The notes: generated by a model not told the origin, from the sequence alone. 64,000 nt of DNA from a candidate division FCPU426 bacterium (GCA_040756875.1 JBFLYH010000002.1:703078-767077); one strand, 5' to 3'; counted from the stretch's first letter, positions 49,374 through 60,078 are shown. Translations and numbers: made by a program.

Positions 49374-52300
49374 TTATCGAATCAACGCCACTTTCTTCTT
49401 CTGGTCCAGCACGACCTTGCCTTCTGCATCCGTGATCTTGATCCGGCACAAATAGATCCCCGGCGCCACGTTGGCAGCCTGCCAGACCGTGGCCAGGGTC
49501 TGCCCTGCCCCGCCGTTCACAGTCTCGCTGATCGAGGCCACCCGCTCGCCAGTCAGGCGGTAGATGTCGATCTTCACTGTCGCCTGACCGCTCAGTGTGT
49601 AGGCGAAATTCACCTGCCCCCGTGCGGGCTGGGGATAAACCACCACGGTTTGCGCCTTTACAAACGGCGTGGAAGTGGGCATTGGTGTCGAGGTTCCGGT
49701 TGCAGTCAGCGTGGGCATGACCAGCGTTGAAGTTGGAGTGGCGGTCGGCGTCTCTGTGGCCGTGTCCGGGAGATGCAGTGATGCCTGCGCTTCATTCAAC
49801 CATTGCTCGCCTGCTGCCTGAGCTTCTTCCTGGGTGGAGAAGTTCATATTGTCCGTAGGCGTTTCATTGGGCTGCTCAACGGCCGCCGCCCACACCCACC
49901 ACCACGGGACCACGATGATCGGCAGGTAGGTGACGCCGCCCAGGCCTTGGTTGTCGATCTGCAGTATATTGACTCTCGCGATCTGCAGGCCGCCGGCGGT
50001 GAAATCCGCGCCAGCCGGCTGTCCGGCCGGGCCGGTATATGCAAACGCGTCCTGGGACCCTCCGAAGGTGCCTGAACCGAAGACCACGCGGTAATGAATC
50101 AGGACATTCGGCTGCGGCGTACCGTGGTACGAGGACAAGGCGAATATCTTTTGGGTATGCCCCTGACGCATGAAGATGGAGATTGAGGGCCAGGCAATGA
50201 CCTGCTGCGGCGTGGGCGGAGTGGCGGTGGCAACCGGCGTGCAGGTGGTGGTAATCGTCGCTGTGTCTGTCGAAGTAGGCGTCAGCGTGACGGTGGGCGT
50301 TGCCGTCGCGGTGACAGTGTAGGTTTCCGTCTCCGTCGGTGTCTCCGTGGAAGTCCAGGTCGGCGTCTCCGTGCAGGTGGCAGTCGCGCTCGTCGTCTCG
50401 GTGGCGGTAACCGTCGCGGTATCGATCTCGGTTCCGGTGGCCGTGCAAGTCGGGGTGCCGGTTGGAACCGAGGTATTCGTGGGCGTAATGGTCGCAGAGC
50501 ACGTGACTGTCACCGTACTACTGGGAGTAGCTGCGTTTCGCGCTCCGAAAATCACCCCAAAGCCGTTCCCGGAATCCGTGCTGAAGGCAATGTCGGTCAA
50601 TCCGTCCCCATTGTAATCGCCCTCGGCGTCCAACGCCCAAACCGTATAGACCGTAGCCAATTCTTGCGGTGCGGAGAATTGCCCTTGGCCGTCCCCGTAA
50701 TAAAGCTTAATGCCGGAAAAGGCATTGCCTCCGGCCACCAGAACGTCCAGATGGCCGTCGCCGTTTATCTCCTTAAAAACGGCGCCGGGAAAACTTCCGG
50801 CGTAGGCAGGACCATAGTTCTGCTGGTTCCAGATATAATCGCCCGCTGGTTTTGCGCCATTTAGGAACGCCAGCTGATAGGGCGGAGGATTGGTGTTGTC
50901 ATAGGCCACATAGTCGGCATAGCCGTCTTGGTTCACATCCCCGGCGCTGCGTTTGAAACCATTTCCGATGCGGATGGCATCCGAAGCTACCAGGGAGGCG
51001 GACCAGGCCCGGCTGCCCAGATTTAAATATGCCCTGAGGCAAGACAGGATTTCGGGCCCGTTGAGTTCAATGGAAGCTCCGATCAAATCCAGCAATCCGT
51101 CGTGGTTGATATCGATCAGGTCAAATACGCATCCAGCCGGAGTTTGCGGGCAAGCAGGGCCTCCGCCGTTGGCAAAATTACCCAGACCGTCGCCGTAGAA
51201 TACCCTGGCATACCAGTATAATTGCGTGCCGCCGGGACTATGGACAATGTCCAGATTCCCATCCTGGTCCACATCGGCAATTTGTATCGTATTGCCGTAG
51301 GGATGGATGAGGCGGGTTTTTGTCCAGTTGCCGCCGCCTTGGCTGATCAATACCCAAGGCCCTTCCCAGCGCATGGTCACTGCGATATCCGTTTTGCCGT
51401 CCTTGTTCAGGTCGGCTGCGGCAATGTCATGAGGATCGTCCCAACCGGGGTCGGTGATGGTTTGCTCCTTGGCCCAGGTTCTGGTGACGCTATCAAAGGA
51501 CCAAATGTCGAGGCACGGACCGCCGGCATCCACGCGCATTCCAACAATCAGCTTTTCTTTCCCAGCTTCGGTAAAATAGGCATGGCACAAAGCTCTGCTG
51601 CTGCCATAGCCGACAATTTGGGGCGTTTCCCAAACGACCGGCTCTCCGTAATCCGGAGTCGCAAAAGGAGTGAAGGTGGCGGTCGGCGTTTCCGCGGGAG
51701 TCGGCGTCTCGGTCGCGGTTATCGTGGGAGTGGGTGTGAGGGTGACCGTCGGCGATACGGTTGCCGTTGCGCTGGGAGTCGGGGTGGAAGGGATGAAATG
51801 AAACACTTCCAAACCCGCGAGAAAATCCGCCACATAGATGTCATTGCCGTCCAGTACGAGACTTCTGGCGTCAGCCGGCGTTTGATAGTACCCCGCCTCA
51901 AAGGGCGCGGCCGGATCGCTGATGTCGAACACCCGCAGGTCGCCGTCCGCCACATAGGCATAATTCCCGCTGACAACGATTTGATTGGCGGTTTGCGGCA
52001 GCGTGCATTGCCCCGTTTCGAACGGCATGAACGGATCGCTGATATTAATCGTCCGCAAGGTGGTCCCGTCCAGAACGAAGGCATACTCGCCGTTCACGGC
52101 CACGCCTTGGCTGGAACCCGAGGTGTCAACATGGCCCACCACAAAAGGAAAGGACGGATTGCTGATACTGATAATTTCCAATGCGCCGTCCGTCACATAG
52201 GCATAGTCGCCTTTCACAGCCACGCCATGGGCTGACCCCGGCGTGTCACAATGCCCCGCTTCGGCCGGCGAGGCGGGATTGCTGACATCAATGACACGCA

Positions 52301-53660
52301 GCGAGCCGTTCGTCACATAGGCATAATTTCCGCTCAACGCGATATTTTGGACTGATCCCGGCAGCTGGGCGCTGAAACCCGACATGCTTATTTGGCCCAC
52401 GCTCGTCGGCAAAGCCGGGTCGCTGATACTGATCACGCGAAAACCGTTCATATCGTCCGCTGCATAAACATAGCTTCCATTCATGGCCAGATCAATAATG
52501 ACCCCGTCAATATACCCCCTGTCCACAGGCAAAGCTGGATTGCTGACATCCATGACATGCATGCCGCCGTTGTAATCCGCCGCACATGAATAAGCTCCGC
52601 TTTTGGCTATGCTGCAGGCGCTTCCCGGCGTGGTAAAAAATCCCACCTCGGCTGGCAAGGAGGGATTGCTGATGTCGATTGCACGCAAGCCTTGATAATA
52701 ATCCGCTAAAAAAGCGTAATTACCACTAACGTCTACACCAAAAGACCAATATAAATGATCACTGAAAGATCCTACAACCATGGGAACAACAGGATTGCTG
52801 ATATTAATCACGCTTAGTCCCGCCCTGGCCGCCACAAACGCAAAATCTTCTCTCACTACTACATGGGTGCTGCCAGCAACAATAGTGCAAATCCCGGTTT
52901 GGGTTGGAGCTGTTGGATTGCTGACATCAATGACACGGAGACCTTCCCAATAATCCACAAGATAGGCATGATTTCCATTTGCCGCAACGCCCTGGGCCCC
53001 TTCCGAATGGAAAGAGAAGGGATTTTCAAAATGACCTACTTCACTTGGCGATAAGGGATTGCTGATATCGATCACGTACATACCCGCCATTTCGGCGGCC
53101 ACATAGGCATAATTCCCGCTGACCGCCACGTCAACATAAGCGCTGGTTCCTTCTGTCCCGCTGCCATACCGGCCAACCACTGCCGGTGATGCGGGATTGG
53201 AAATATCGATCACCTGCAGGCCGGTAAATCCGGCTGCCACATAGGCATAATTTCCGCTAAGGGTTATACTATGGGCGGAAGGCCCGTACCCCAAGTCTCC
53301 AAGCAAATCGCAGTAACCAGCTTGATAAGGTGATGTTGGGTTGCTGACATTAACGACGCTCATACTGGTTCTGGACACCACATACGCGTAATCCCCGCTT
53401 ACGGCTGCGTCGCGGGCGCCGACGGCATAATACGCGGCCTGCACAGGATGGGCCGGATTGGAAATATCCATTATGGATAAAACTCCATCAGCAGCCACAT
53501 AGGCATAATTACCCTGCAAGGATACTGCCCAGGGATTACCGCCAACCAATGCCCCAACCAGATGAACGTTATTCGAATCCGCAGCCATGGCGACAGGGAA
53601 TGGGACGAAGAGAACCGTAGTAATGACCCAAAGGATTAAGCTGCGTTTTATTGGTTTCAC
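49374..53660 (-). CDS. secreted LVIVD-repeat + FG-GAP-repeat protein with Thr-rich linkers and T9SS-like C-terminal domain
   Basis: Signal peptide; 13 [DNS][IV]S[ND]P repeats; 6 DxxxDG loops; three TP/TA linkers; VYPQPARG..KKKVALIR tail. Confidence 0.85.
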   Translation of the reverse strand: MKPIKRSLILWVITTVLFVPFPVAMAADSNNVHLVGALVGGNPWAVSLQGNYAYVAADGVLSIMDISNPAHPVQAAYYAVGARDAAVSGDYAYVVSRTSMSVVNVSNPTSPYQAGYCDLLGDLGYGPSAHSITLSGNYAYVAAGFTGLQVIDISNPASPAVVGRYGSGTEGTSAYVDVAVSGNYAYVAAEMAGMYVIDISNPLSPSEVGHFENPFSFHSEGAQGVAANGNHAYLVDYWEGLRVIDVSNPTAPTQTGICTIVAGSTHVVVREDFAFVAARAGLSVINISNPVVPMVVGSFSDHLYWSFGVDVSGNYAFLADYYQGLRAIDISNPSLPAEVGFFTTPGSACSIAKSGAYSCAADYNGGMHVMDVSNPALPVDRGYIDGVIIDLAMNGSYVYAADDMNGFRVISISDPALPTSVGQISMSGFSAQLPGSVQNIALSGNYAYVTNGSLRVIDVSNPASPAEAGHCDTPGSAHGVAVKGDYAYVTDGALEIISISNPSFPFVVGHVDTSGSSQGVAVNGEYAFVLDGTTLRTINISDPFMPFETGQCTLPQTANQIVVSGNYAYVADGDLRVFDISDPAAPFEAGYYQTPADARSLVLDGNDIYVADFLAGLEVFHFIPSTPTPSATATVSPTVTLTPTPTITATETPTPAETPTATFTPFATPDYGEPVVWETPQIVGYGSSRALCHAYFTEAGKEKLIVGMRVDAGGPCLDIWSFDSVTRTWAKEQTITDPGWDDPHDIAAADLNKDGKTDIAVTMRWEGPWVLISQGGGNWTKTRLIHPYGNTIQIADVDQDGNLDIVHSPGGTQLYWYARVFYGDGLGNFANGGGPACPQTPAGCVFDLIDINHDGLLDLIGASIELNGPEILSCLRAYLNLGSRAWSASLVASDAIRIGNGFKRSAGDVNQDGYADYVAYDNTNPPPYQLAFLNGAKPAGDYIWNQQNYGPAYAGSFPGAVFKEINGDGHLDVLVAGGNAFSGIKLYYGDGQGQFSAPQELATVYTVWALDAEGDYNGDGLTDIAFSTDSGNGFGVIFGARNAATPSSTVTVTCSATITPTNTSVPTGTPTCTATGTEIDTATVTATETTSATATCTETPTWTSTETPTETETYTVTATATPTVTLTPTSTDTATITTTCTPVATATPPTPQQVIAWPSISIFMRQGHTQKIFALSSYHGTPQPNVLIHYRVVFGSGTFGGSQDAFAYTGPAGQPAGADFTAGGLQIARVNILQIDNQGLGGVTYLPIIVVPWWWVWAAAVEQPNETPTDNMNFSTQEEAQAAGEQWLNEAQASLHLPDTATETPTATPTSTLVMPTLTATGTSTPMPTSTPFVKAQTVVVYPQPARGQVNFAYTLSGQATVKIDIYRLTGERVASISETVNGGAGQTLATVWQAANVAPGIYLCRIKITDAEGKVVLDQKKKVALIR

Positions 53661-53772
53661 ACCAGCCTCCCACGACTTAGATCTAACCGATTGCGATTAT
53701 ATATGATTTGAGCCTGTGCACCTGCTGAATACTACATTAAAAATAATCAAAATCTATTGAATCAAGCATAGT

Positions 53773-53803
53773 AAGCCCCGGCCGCAGGAACACGGCCGGG
53801 GCT
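53773..53803 (-). repeat. 31-bp direct repeat copy 2 (hairpin downstream of mscL)
   Basis: Identical to 49326-49356 but without the long T tail. Confidence 0.9.
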
Positions 53804-53829
53804 GTCGGGATTGCCTGTCTGTTTGGCGG

Positions 53830-54261
53830 TTACCTGATCTCCGAGGTGCAGTGCGGGCAGCGGGTGGCTTTAAGCGGGATGTTCGAGAGGCAGAACGGGC
53901 ATTCCTTGGTGGTGGGCGCTGCCGGAGCGGGCGCGCGCTTCAAGCGGTTTACCTGCTTGATCACGATAAACAGAACGAACGCCACGATGGTAAAATCAAT
54001 GACCTGGTTGATGAACAGGCCGTAATTCAGCGTCGCGGCGCCCGCAGCCTTGGCTGCAGCCAGGGAAGCATACGACTGGCCGGACAGGCTGAGGAACAGG
54101 TTGGAAAAATCCAGCTTGCCCAGCAGCATGCCAATGGGCGGCATCATGATATCCGCCACGATCGAGGAAACCAGCTTGCTGAACGCGCCTCCCAAAATGA
54201 ACCCCACGGCCAGATCGACCAGGTTTCCCTTCAGCGCAAACTCCTTGAACTCCTTGAACAT
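53830..54261 (-). CDS. mscL: large-conductance mechanosensitive channel with C-terminal CxxC..CxxC
   Basis: [37 protein letters not shown] tail. Confidence 0.95.
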   Translation of the reverse strand: MFKEFKEFALKGNLVDLAVGFILGGAFSKLVSSIVADIMMPPIGMLLGKLDFSNLFLSLSGQSYASLAAAKAAGAATLNYGLFINQVIDFTIVAFVLFIVIKQVNRLKRAPAPAAPTTKECPFCLSNIPLKATRCPHCTSEIR

Positions 54262-54390
54262 GATTGCCCTCCCCGTATATTGATAGCAACGCTTCATTAC
54301 TATATTCGCTCAGAGACAGAAATCAAGCGCAGAAGATAAAATGTGGAGGTCAGGTGGGATGGTGATGTTTTGGCGGGAGCCTTTCGCGGT

Positions 54391-55698
54391 TTACTTCAGA
54401 TAGATCCGTTGCGCTTTGGTTTTTACGCTCTCCACGCCGTTGCCTGCCACGGCTGTGACGCTGAGGTAATAGGTTTGCTTGCGGCGAAGGATCTTGGTGC
54501 TGAAAGAAAGTTTGGTGATGGGCTGGACATTGATTTTTTGCGGCTGGGTTTTGCTTGTGCTCATATAAACATTATAGGTAAAAGGGCCTTCGGCTTGCGG
54601 CGGCTTCCAGGCAACTGTGATTCTTGCACCTTTGGATTTCAGGCTCACAATGCGCGGCAGGGGCGTTTCCCGTACCGGCGCTGGCTTGGGCGCAGTCTTT
54701 TCGGCTTTGGCTGTTTGGGTGCGAACCGGAAGCGCCGCCGGTTGGACGGCAGGCGCCAGGGACAAAACCGGAGCGGCCGGCGGCTCGCCGAACCGGTAGG
54801 CGATGCTCATGCGATGGCTGGCGTTCAAAAACATACCGGGAATATAGGCGTAATTGATTTCTATATTTTGCCAGCATAGCCCGGCCCCGAAGTGCAGGTA
54901 CGCCTCTTCCTGGTTCAGGCGGTAACCGGCGTTCACGGACGCGATTTTATATCTGACTTCCAACCCCGCCTCCGGAAACCACGTCTCATCCACCCAGTTG
55001 TACGCCAGGCCCACGCCGGGCAGCACCTGCCAGTCTTGCAGCCTGAAGACGTAGCTGCTGCCAAGATAAACCGAACCAGGCAGGGGGATTTCCGCTTCCA
55101 GGTATTTGGCCGACCACCCGAGGTTTTGCACGGCAGCCAAGACCAGCCACGCTGCCTCGGGTTTCCACATCGCCCCCGCGTCCGCGGCCACGGCCCAGGC
55201 GGATTCCCGCTCGGCCAGTTCGCTTTGCACGAACTTCAGAGTCGCGCCGGTCCAGAGGTTTCCGGCCAACCTCCGCCCATACGAGCCCAGGGCGATCACT
55301 TCGCGGTCCGCCAAAACAGTTTCGGTTTGCAGCGTTCCGTCCTCAATCCAATTCAACTCTATGGGTCCGGCGTCATAATACACGAATCCGCCGGCCAAAG
55401 CGTCTTCCGGCCAGGGCACGGCCAGCAGGAGGCCGCCGAATTTGTCTTCCGCGAACCCCAGTTCGGAAATCATGGCCAGCGAGGTCTGGGAAACCGCGCC
55501 CAGCAAAGCCGGGTTGCCCAGGACATCCGCGGCCTGGCCAATGCCGGCCAGGCTGGAAAAGCGGGCGCCCCGGACTTTCTGGAAAATCGGCCAGCCCGAT
55601 TTCCCGGCACCGGCTTGCGCCCAGCCGGCGAATCCGGCCAGATATAAAACCAACAAGAAGACGATAAGATTATTAGGCTTGCGGGTCATCTCGGTCAC
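54391..55698 (-). CDS. PorV/PorQ-like outer-membrane beta-barrel with C-terminal fibronectin-III-like domain
   Basis: Signal peptide, GAR..G..A..NPA N-terminus, DAG..QNLG, alternating beta strands ending HRMSIAYRF, then Pro linker and W..P/YNVY/YYLSVTAV..NGVES. Confidence 0.7.
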   Translation of the reverse strand: MTEMTRKPNNLIVFLLVLYLAGFAGWAQAGAGKSGWPIFQKVRGARFSSLAGIGQAADVLGNPALLGAVSQTSLAMISELGFAEDKFGGLLLAVPWPEDALAGGFVYYDAGPIELNWIEDGTLQTETVLADREVIALGSYGRRLAGNLWTGATLKFVQSELAERESAWAVAADAGAMWKPEAAWLVLAAVQNLGWSAKYLEAEIPLPGSVYLGSSYVFRLQDWQVLPGVGLAYNWVDETWFPEAGLEVRYKIASVNAGYRLNQEEAYLHFGAGLCWQNIEINYAYIPGMFLNASHRMSIAYRFGEPPAAPVLSLAPAVQPAALPVRTQTAKAEKTAPKPAPVRETPLPRIVSLKSKGARITVAWKPPQAEGPFTYNVYMSTSKTQPQKINVQPITKLSFSTKILRRKQTYYLSVTAVAGNGVESVKTKAQRIYLK

Positions 55699-58600
55699 CG
55701 GATAATCGCGATTTTCTTATGGGCGTGCAGCCCCGGCCCTTGCACCACGGCAATGTAAATGCCGGGCGCCGCCTCGCGGGCGCGCCACTCGAACATCCCG
55801 CTCTGGGTGTGCTCGCGGGTCTCTTTCCAAATCAGCACGCCATTGAGATTGAGCACACGGCATTCCACCAAGCCGATGCCAGCCGCCTGATAATAGATTT
55901 TAACCGTATCGCCCAAGCTGGGATTGACCGTGCCCCGGCCCAGCGCGGACCCCAGCACCAGGATCTGCCCCGCCGGCAGGCTCAGGGCAAAAGTGGGTGT
56001 CACGGTCGGCGTCTGCGTCTGCGTCGGGGTTATGGTCCTGGTCGGCGTGGCGGTCGGCGTGGCCGTGGCTTGCCCTGTGGGCGTGATCGTGGCCGTGGCC
56101 GTCGGCGTGGGCGTGGGATTCGCAACCGTGATCGAAACCGGCGCGGAGGTGGTGCGGTTGCCCGCCTGGTCCCGGGCCACCGCGGTCAGCACGTGCGTTC
56201 CGTTAGCGACCAGGGTGGTGTCCCAAATGAAGGAGTACGGCGCCACCGTGTCCTCGCTGCCCAGGCTCACGCCGTCGGCGCGGAAACGCACGCCCGCCAC
56301 CTGCCGGTTGTCCGAGGCATTGGCCGTGATCACCAGCGAGCCCAGGACCACCGCGCCGCTGACCGGCGAGGTGATGCTGACGCTGGGCGGCGTGTAATCG
56401 TTGAAGTAGGTGGCCGTATGGCTGGCGTTGAACCACATCATCGGCCACTGCATGTACGGACGCTGGAAGGCCGCGCCGGTGTTCCACACGTTGATCGTGT
56501 CATTGTAGGCCAGCACCAGATCCGTCACGCCGTCGGCCTCCAAGTCCCAAAGCGCCGGAGACAGCGACGACCCCTGGGGCACAATCCGCGGCCAGCCGGA
56601 CAGCGAAACGCCGTTGCCGCTCCAGGCGTACACCGTGTTCTCGTCGGCCGAGACTTGCACGATATCCGGCAGACCGTCCCCGCTCACGTCACCGGAAACC
56701 GGGCCCGGCCATACCGAGCCGCCGGCCATGTCCGGCAGGTTGATCGGCCAGCCGCTGACCGCGGTGCCGTTGTGGTGATAGGCGTACTCATTGTCCTGGC
56801 CCTGGCCATGGACGACGATTTCCAGATCATTGTCATTGTCCAGGTCCGCCAGGGTCGCCGGCGCCAGGCTGTCGGTCCCGATAGTGACCGGCCAGCCGCT
56901 TATGGCCGTGCCATTGGCCTCGAACGCGCACAGCCAGCCGTTCTCGTTCGCGGCCACGATTTCCATCGCGCCGTCGTTGTCAATGTCCCCGGCTACGGGA
57001 TGCGGCGTGTAACCATCGGCCAAAATGACGGGCCAGCCGCTGACCACGGCGCCGTTGTGGTGGAAGGCGTACAGCCGGCTGTTGTTGTAGTATCCCAGGC
57101 CGACCACGATTTCCAGATCATTGTCGTTGTCCAGGTCCACCAGGCAGGCGTGGCTGGCCTGGTTCTGTACCGTGCCCATACCCGTCGGGAAATTCAGGTA
57201 GAAGTATTGGGGCCAGCCGGACAGCAAGGTGCCGTTGTAGCGGTAGACGAAAATCGCGGCCGTGATGCTGGTGCCGCTGGAATCGGTTTCGCTGGTGAAC
57301 ACGATTTCCTGGTTGCCGTCGTTGTCCACGTCCCCCACGGACGGCGTGTGGCTGCCGTATCCGTTCCCCGCCAGCACGACGCTTTGCGGCCAGCCGGGCA
57401 GGTAGTTGCCCGCCTGGTCGAACACGTGGAACGTGGTCGTGCAGTTGGGGAACCCCCAGTTATACCCGCCGACGATGATCTGCTGGTCGCCGCTGCCCAC
57501 CAGGTCAGCCACGGTGGGCGCGCTCAACCAGGTGCGGTTGAGCGTGCTGCGCGGCCAGCCCAGGGCTTCGCTGCCGTCGTGGTGGAACAGGTGCACGTCA
57601 TACGCCCAGTTGGGGCCGCCGAGGTTGCGCCGCGTGGTGACCGCGATTTCCTGGTCGCCGTTGTTGTCGGCATCCCCCAGGGCCACGCCGTCGCTCCACA
57701 CCAGGCCGCTGATCGTGCGCGGCCAGCCCGTTTGCACGCTCTTTTGCAGGTACACCAGCTTCTCGGAAATGCTCACGTTGCCGCTGGCATCCGTGGTGCG
57801 CAGCCGCAACATATAAGGAAGATTGTCGGTCAAGCCGCCCACGGACCAGGTTCCCAGCGTGCCGTTGGTCACGGGCGTGCCGCTGGTCTGGATCGTGACC
57901 CAGGCGGTGGGATAGAGCCGTTCGCCGTATTCCAGGGTATAGGAGGAAAAGTTCGCGCCGCCGGCAGATCCGGTCACCTGAATGTCGATCGCGACCGTCT
58001 GCTCGTGGGGCGGCGAAGTGATCTCCGCCACCGGCACGGCCGACAGCTGCAAGGCGGACAGCACGTTCACCCGGCCAGTGCCGATGTATTTGTCCGAAAC
58101 CGGCCGGTCGGTCGTGGAGTAAATCACTTTGCCAACTTCCGCGTTGCTGAATTGCGGCCGACGCGAGCGGACCAGCGCCGCCAAACCGGACACATAGGCG
58201 CAGGAAAAACTGGTGCCGTTCCCGCCGGCCGCGTAGGTGTCGTCGAAGGCCGTGGCCGCGATGTTGCTTCCGGGCGCGGCTACGCTCACCCACGTGCCAT
58301 AGTTGCTGGCATTTCCCTGGTTCAGCGGCGGCTGCGGCACGCCCCAGATCGAGCGCTGGTCGCTGCTGTCCGTGGCCGCCACGCCGATCACGTACGGCTG
58401 GTAGGCCGCGGGGTAATACGGGTTGCCGCTGTCGTGGTTGCCGGCGCTGGCCACGATCACCGCGCCCTGGCTGTAGGCGAAATCCACCGCGTCCTTGACC
58501 GCGCCCGGCCAGTTGTTGTCTCCCAGGGAGAGGTTGATGACCTGGGCGCCGTTGCGGCCGGCGTAGTAAATCGCGCTGGCGATCCATTCGGAAATGATGT

Positions 58601-59492
58601 ACACGCTGTAGGTGCAGGCCACGCCCACGCGCAGCGGCATGATTTTGCAGCGCCAGCTTGTGCCCGCGATGCCCGCGCTGTTGTTGCCCACGGCCGCGGC
58701 CACGCCGGCCATCATAGTGCCGTGGCCCTGGAAATCCATGGGGTCGTTGTCCGGGACCTCGTAGTCCTCGCCCGGCGCATACGCGGTCACCGTAACCGCG
58801 TAATACACGAAATCCCAGCCGCGCACGTCGTCGATGTAGCCGTTGCTGTCGTCGTCCACGCCGTTGATGCTGTTCGCGCCGCTTTCCGCGGGATTGGTCC
58901 AAAGGTTGCCGGCCAAATCCGGATGGTTCCAGTCCACGCCCGTGTCCACCACGGCGATCACCACACCGGTATTACCCTGTTCCAAGTCCCACCCGGCTTC
59001 GGATTGCATTTGCGGATGCGCCCACTGCTGGCCGTAATTAGGGTCATTGGGAACGATGTCCAACTGGAAAAGGTAATTGGGATGGGCGTATTCCACGGCC
59101 GGATCCCGCTCCAACTCCCTCGCCATGGCTTCGGGATCGGCCGTGGTACGGTTCACTTTGATCTTGTATATGTTCTCCAGATGCGGCGCGGCCGGCATGG
59201 GCGCCGGCTGTTGTTTGCCTGTTCCCCGGGCGGCGGCCGTTGCCGTTGCTCCGGGGAAAAGCCGGTGGATGTCCCCCACGCCAAACCGCCGGTCCAACTG
59301 ACTCAGTCCCGCGCAAAAAGCCAGGGAAGGCTTGCTCGCGGCCACGGCGGCACCGGCGGCCGCGCCCGCTGATTCCTTAAACTTGACGATCACCTCGCCG
59401 GGAACATACTCCTCAGCTGCCCAGCCCGGGGCAACTGCCAGGAGAAACAAACCCATGGCCAAGCCTGCGGCCCGAGAAAAAAATGTTCTCAT
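55695..59492 (-). CDS. secreted S8 peptidase with FG-GAP-like GWP repeats, Ig-like domain, Thr-rich linker and C-terminal sorting-like domain
   Basis: YVPGEVIVKFK prodomain, VVDTG/GHGT/GTS triad, 8 GWP repeats, PPSVSITSP Ig domain, PGIYI..KKIAIIR tail. Confidence 0.88.
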   Translation of the reverse strand: MRTFFSRAAGLAMGLFLLAVAPGWAAEEYVPGEVIVKFKESAGAAAGAAVAASKPSLAFCAGLSQLDRRFGVGDIHRLFPGATATAAARGTGKQQPAPMPAAPHLENIYKIKVNRTTADPEAMARELERDPAVEYAHPNYLFQLDIVPNDPNYGQQWAHPQMQSEAGWDLEQGNTGVVIAVVDTGVDWNHPDLAGNLWTNPAESGANSINGVDDDSNGYIDDVRGWDFVYYAVTVTAYAPGEDYEVPDNDPMDFQGHGTMMAGVAAAVGNNSAGIAGTSWRCKIMPLRVGVACTYSVYIISEWIASAIYYAGRNGAQVINLSLGDNNWPGAVKDAVDFAYSQGAVIVASAGNHDSGNPYYPAAYQPYVIGVAATDSSDQRSIWGVPQPPLNQGNASNYGTWVSVAAPGSNIAATAFDDTYAAGGNGTSFSCAYVSGLAALVRSRRPQFSNAEVGKVIYSTTDRPVSDKYIGTGRVNVLSALQLSAVPVAEITSPPHEQTVAIDIQVTGSAGGANFSSYTLEYGERLYPTAWVTIQTSGTPVTNGTLGTWSVGGLTDNLPYMLRLRTTDASGNVSISEKLVYLQKSVQTGWPRTISGLVWSDGVALGDADNNGDQEIAVTTRRNLGGPNWAYDVHLFHHDGSEALGWPRSTLNRTWLSAPTVADLVGSGDQQIIVGGYNWGFPNCTTTFHVFDQAGNYLPGWPQSVVLAGNGYGSHTPSVGDVDNDGNQEIVFTSETDSSGTSITAAIFVYRYNGTLLSGWPQYFYLNFPTGMGTVQNQASHACLVDLDNDNDLEIVVGLGYYNNSRLYAFHHNGAVVSGWPVILADGYTPHPVAGDIDNDGAMEIVAANENGWLCAFEANGTAISGWPVTIGTDSLAPATLADLDNDNDLEIVVHGQGQDNEYAYHHNGTAVSGWPINLPDMAGGSVWPGPVSGDVSGDGLPDIVQVSADENTVYAWSGNGVSLSGWPRIVPQGSSLSPALWDLEADGVTDLVLAYNDTINVWNTGAAFQRPYMQWPMMWFNASHTATYFNDYTPPSVSITSPVSGAVVLGSLVITANASDNRQVAGVRFRADGVSLGSEDTVAPYSFIWDTTLVANGTHVLTAVARDQAGNRTTSAPVSITVANPTPTPTATATITPTGQATATPTATPTRTITPTQTQTPTVTPTFALSLPAGQILVLGSALGRGTVNPSLGDTVKIYYQAAGIGLVECRVLNLNGVLIWKETREHTQSGMFEWRAREAAPGIYIAVVQGPGLHAHKKIAIIR

Positions 59493-59649
59493 GCCCAATC
59501 CTTATCAAGATGAGATGGGACCGCTAAAAAGCGCAACGTATATCCACTGCAAGCAGGGATGCGCGGGTTTTTCGGCGAATATATATGTGAATACTAACTA
59601 TATCCCAGGATGGGGGTTTTAGCAAGTTAGGCAGGAATGAACGGGAGGG

Positions 59650-60078
59650 TCAAACACTTGTGGCAGATAATACTTTGTAAATACACTGGTTTTGTACGAC
59701 CTTGAGCCCAGCGGCCTCGGCTCGCTGGGCGGCTTCGGGGTGGGAAATGCCTTCCTGCATCCATACGATCTTACAGCCAAGCGTGATGGCCTCATCCACG
59801 ATCGCGGGCACGGCTTCCGCATTCCGGAAAATATCCACCACATCCACGGCCTGGCCGTAAGCCGTCAGCGACGGATAGGCTTTGCGCCCCAAGATCGCGT
59901 CCGTCGCCGGCCGGATGGGAATCACTTCATAGCCGCGTTCAATCAGGAATTTGGCGATGCGGTGTGATGGCCGGTCCGGAGTGGGCGACAGTCCGACCAC
60001 GGCGATGGTGCGGACGCCTGCCAGCAAGGACGCGGCTTCCCCCGCCGGCGTGGGCAGGCCGCAGGCAAAATCGCTCAT
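59650..60078 (-). CDS. CoA-binding domain protein (YccU-like)
   Basis: IAVVGLS..RPS, VDVVDIFR, VWMQEG. Confidence 0.9.
   Translation of the reverse strand: MSDFACGLPTPAGEAASLLAGVRTIAVVGLSPTPDRPSHRIAKFLIERGYEVIPIRPATDAILGRKAYPSLTAYGQAVDVVDIFRNAEAVPAIVDEAITLGCKIVWMQEGISHPEAAQRAEAAGLKVVQNQCIYKVLSATSV

Noticed and set aside
53830-53900. MscL zinc-ribbon tail as a novelty
   Set aside because: CxxC..CxxC tails occur in many MscL homologs
55719-59372. Long plus-strand ORFs (also 2314-4215 and 44600-47074)
   Set aside because: Antisense shadows of well-supported genes, expected with high GC at third codon positions; no recognisable motifs
59545-59600. sigma-54 or sigma-28 promoter upstream of the secreted S8 protease
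   Set aside because: TTGC lacks the -24 GG, and GCCGAAAA lacks TAAA at 15-bp spacing
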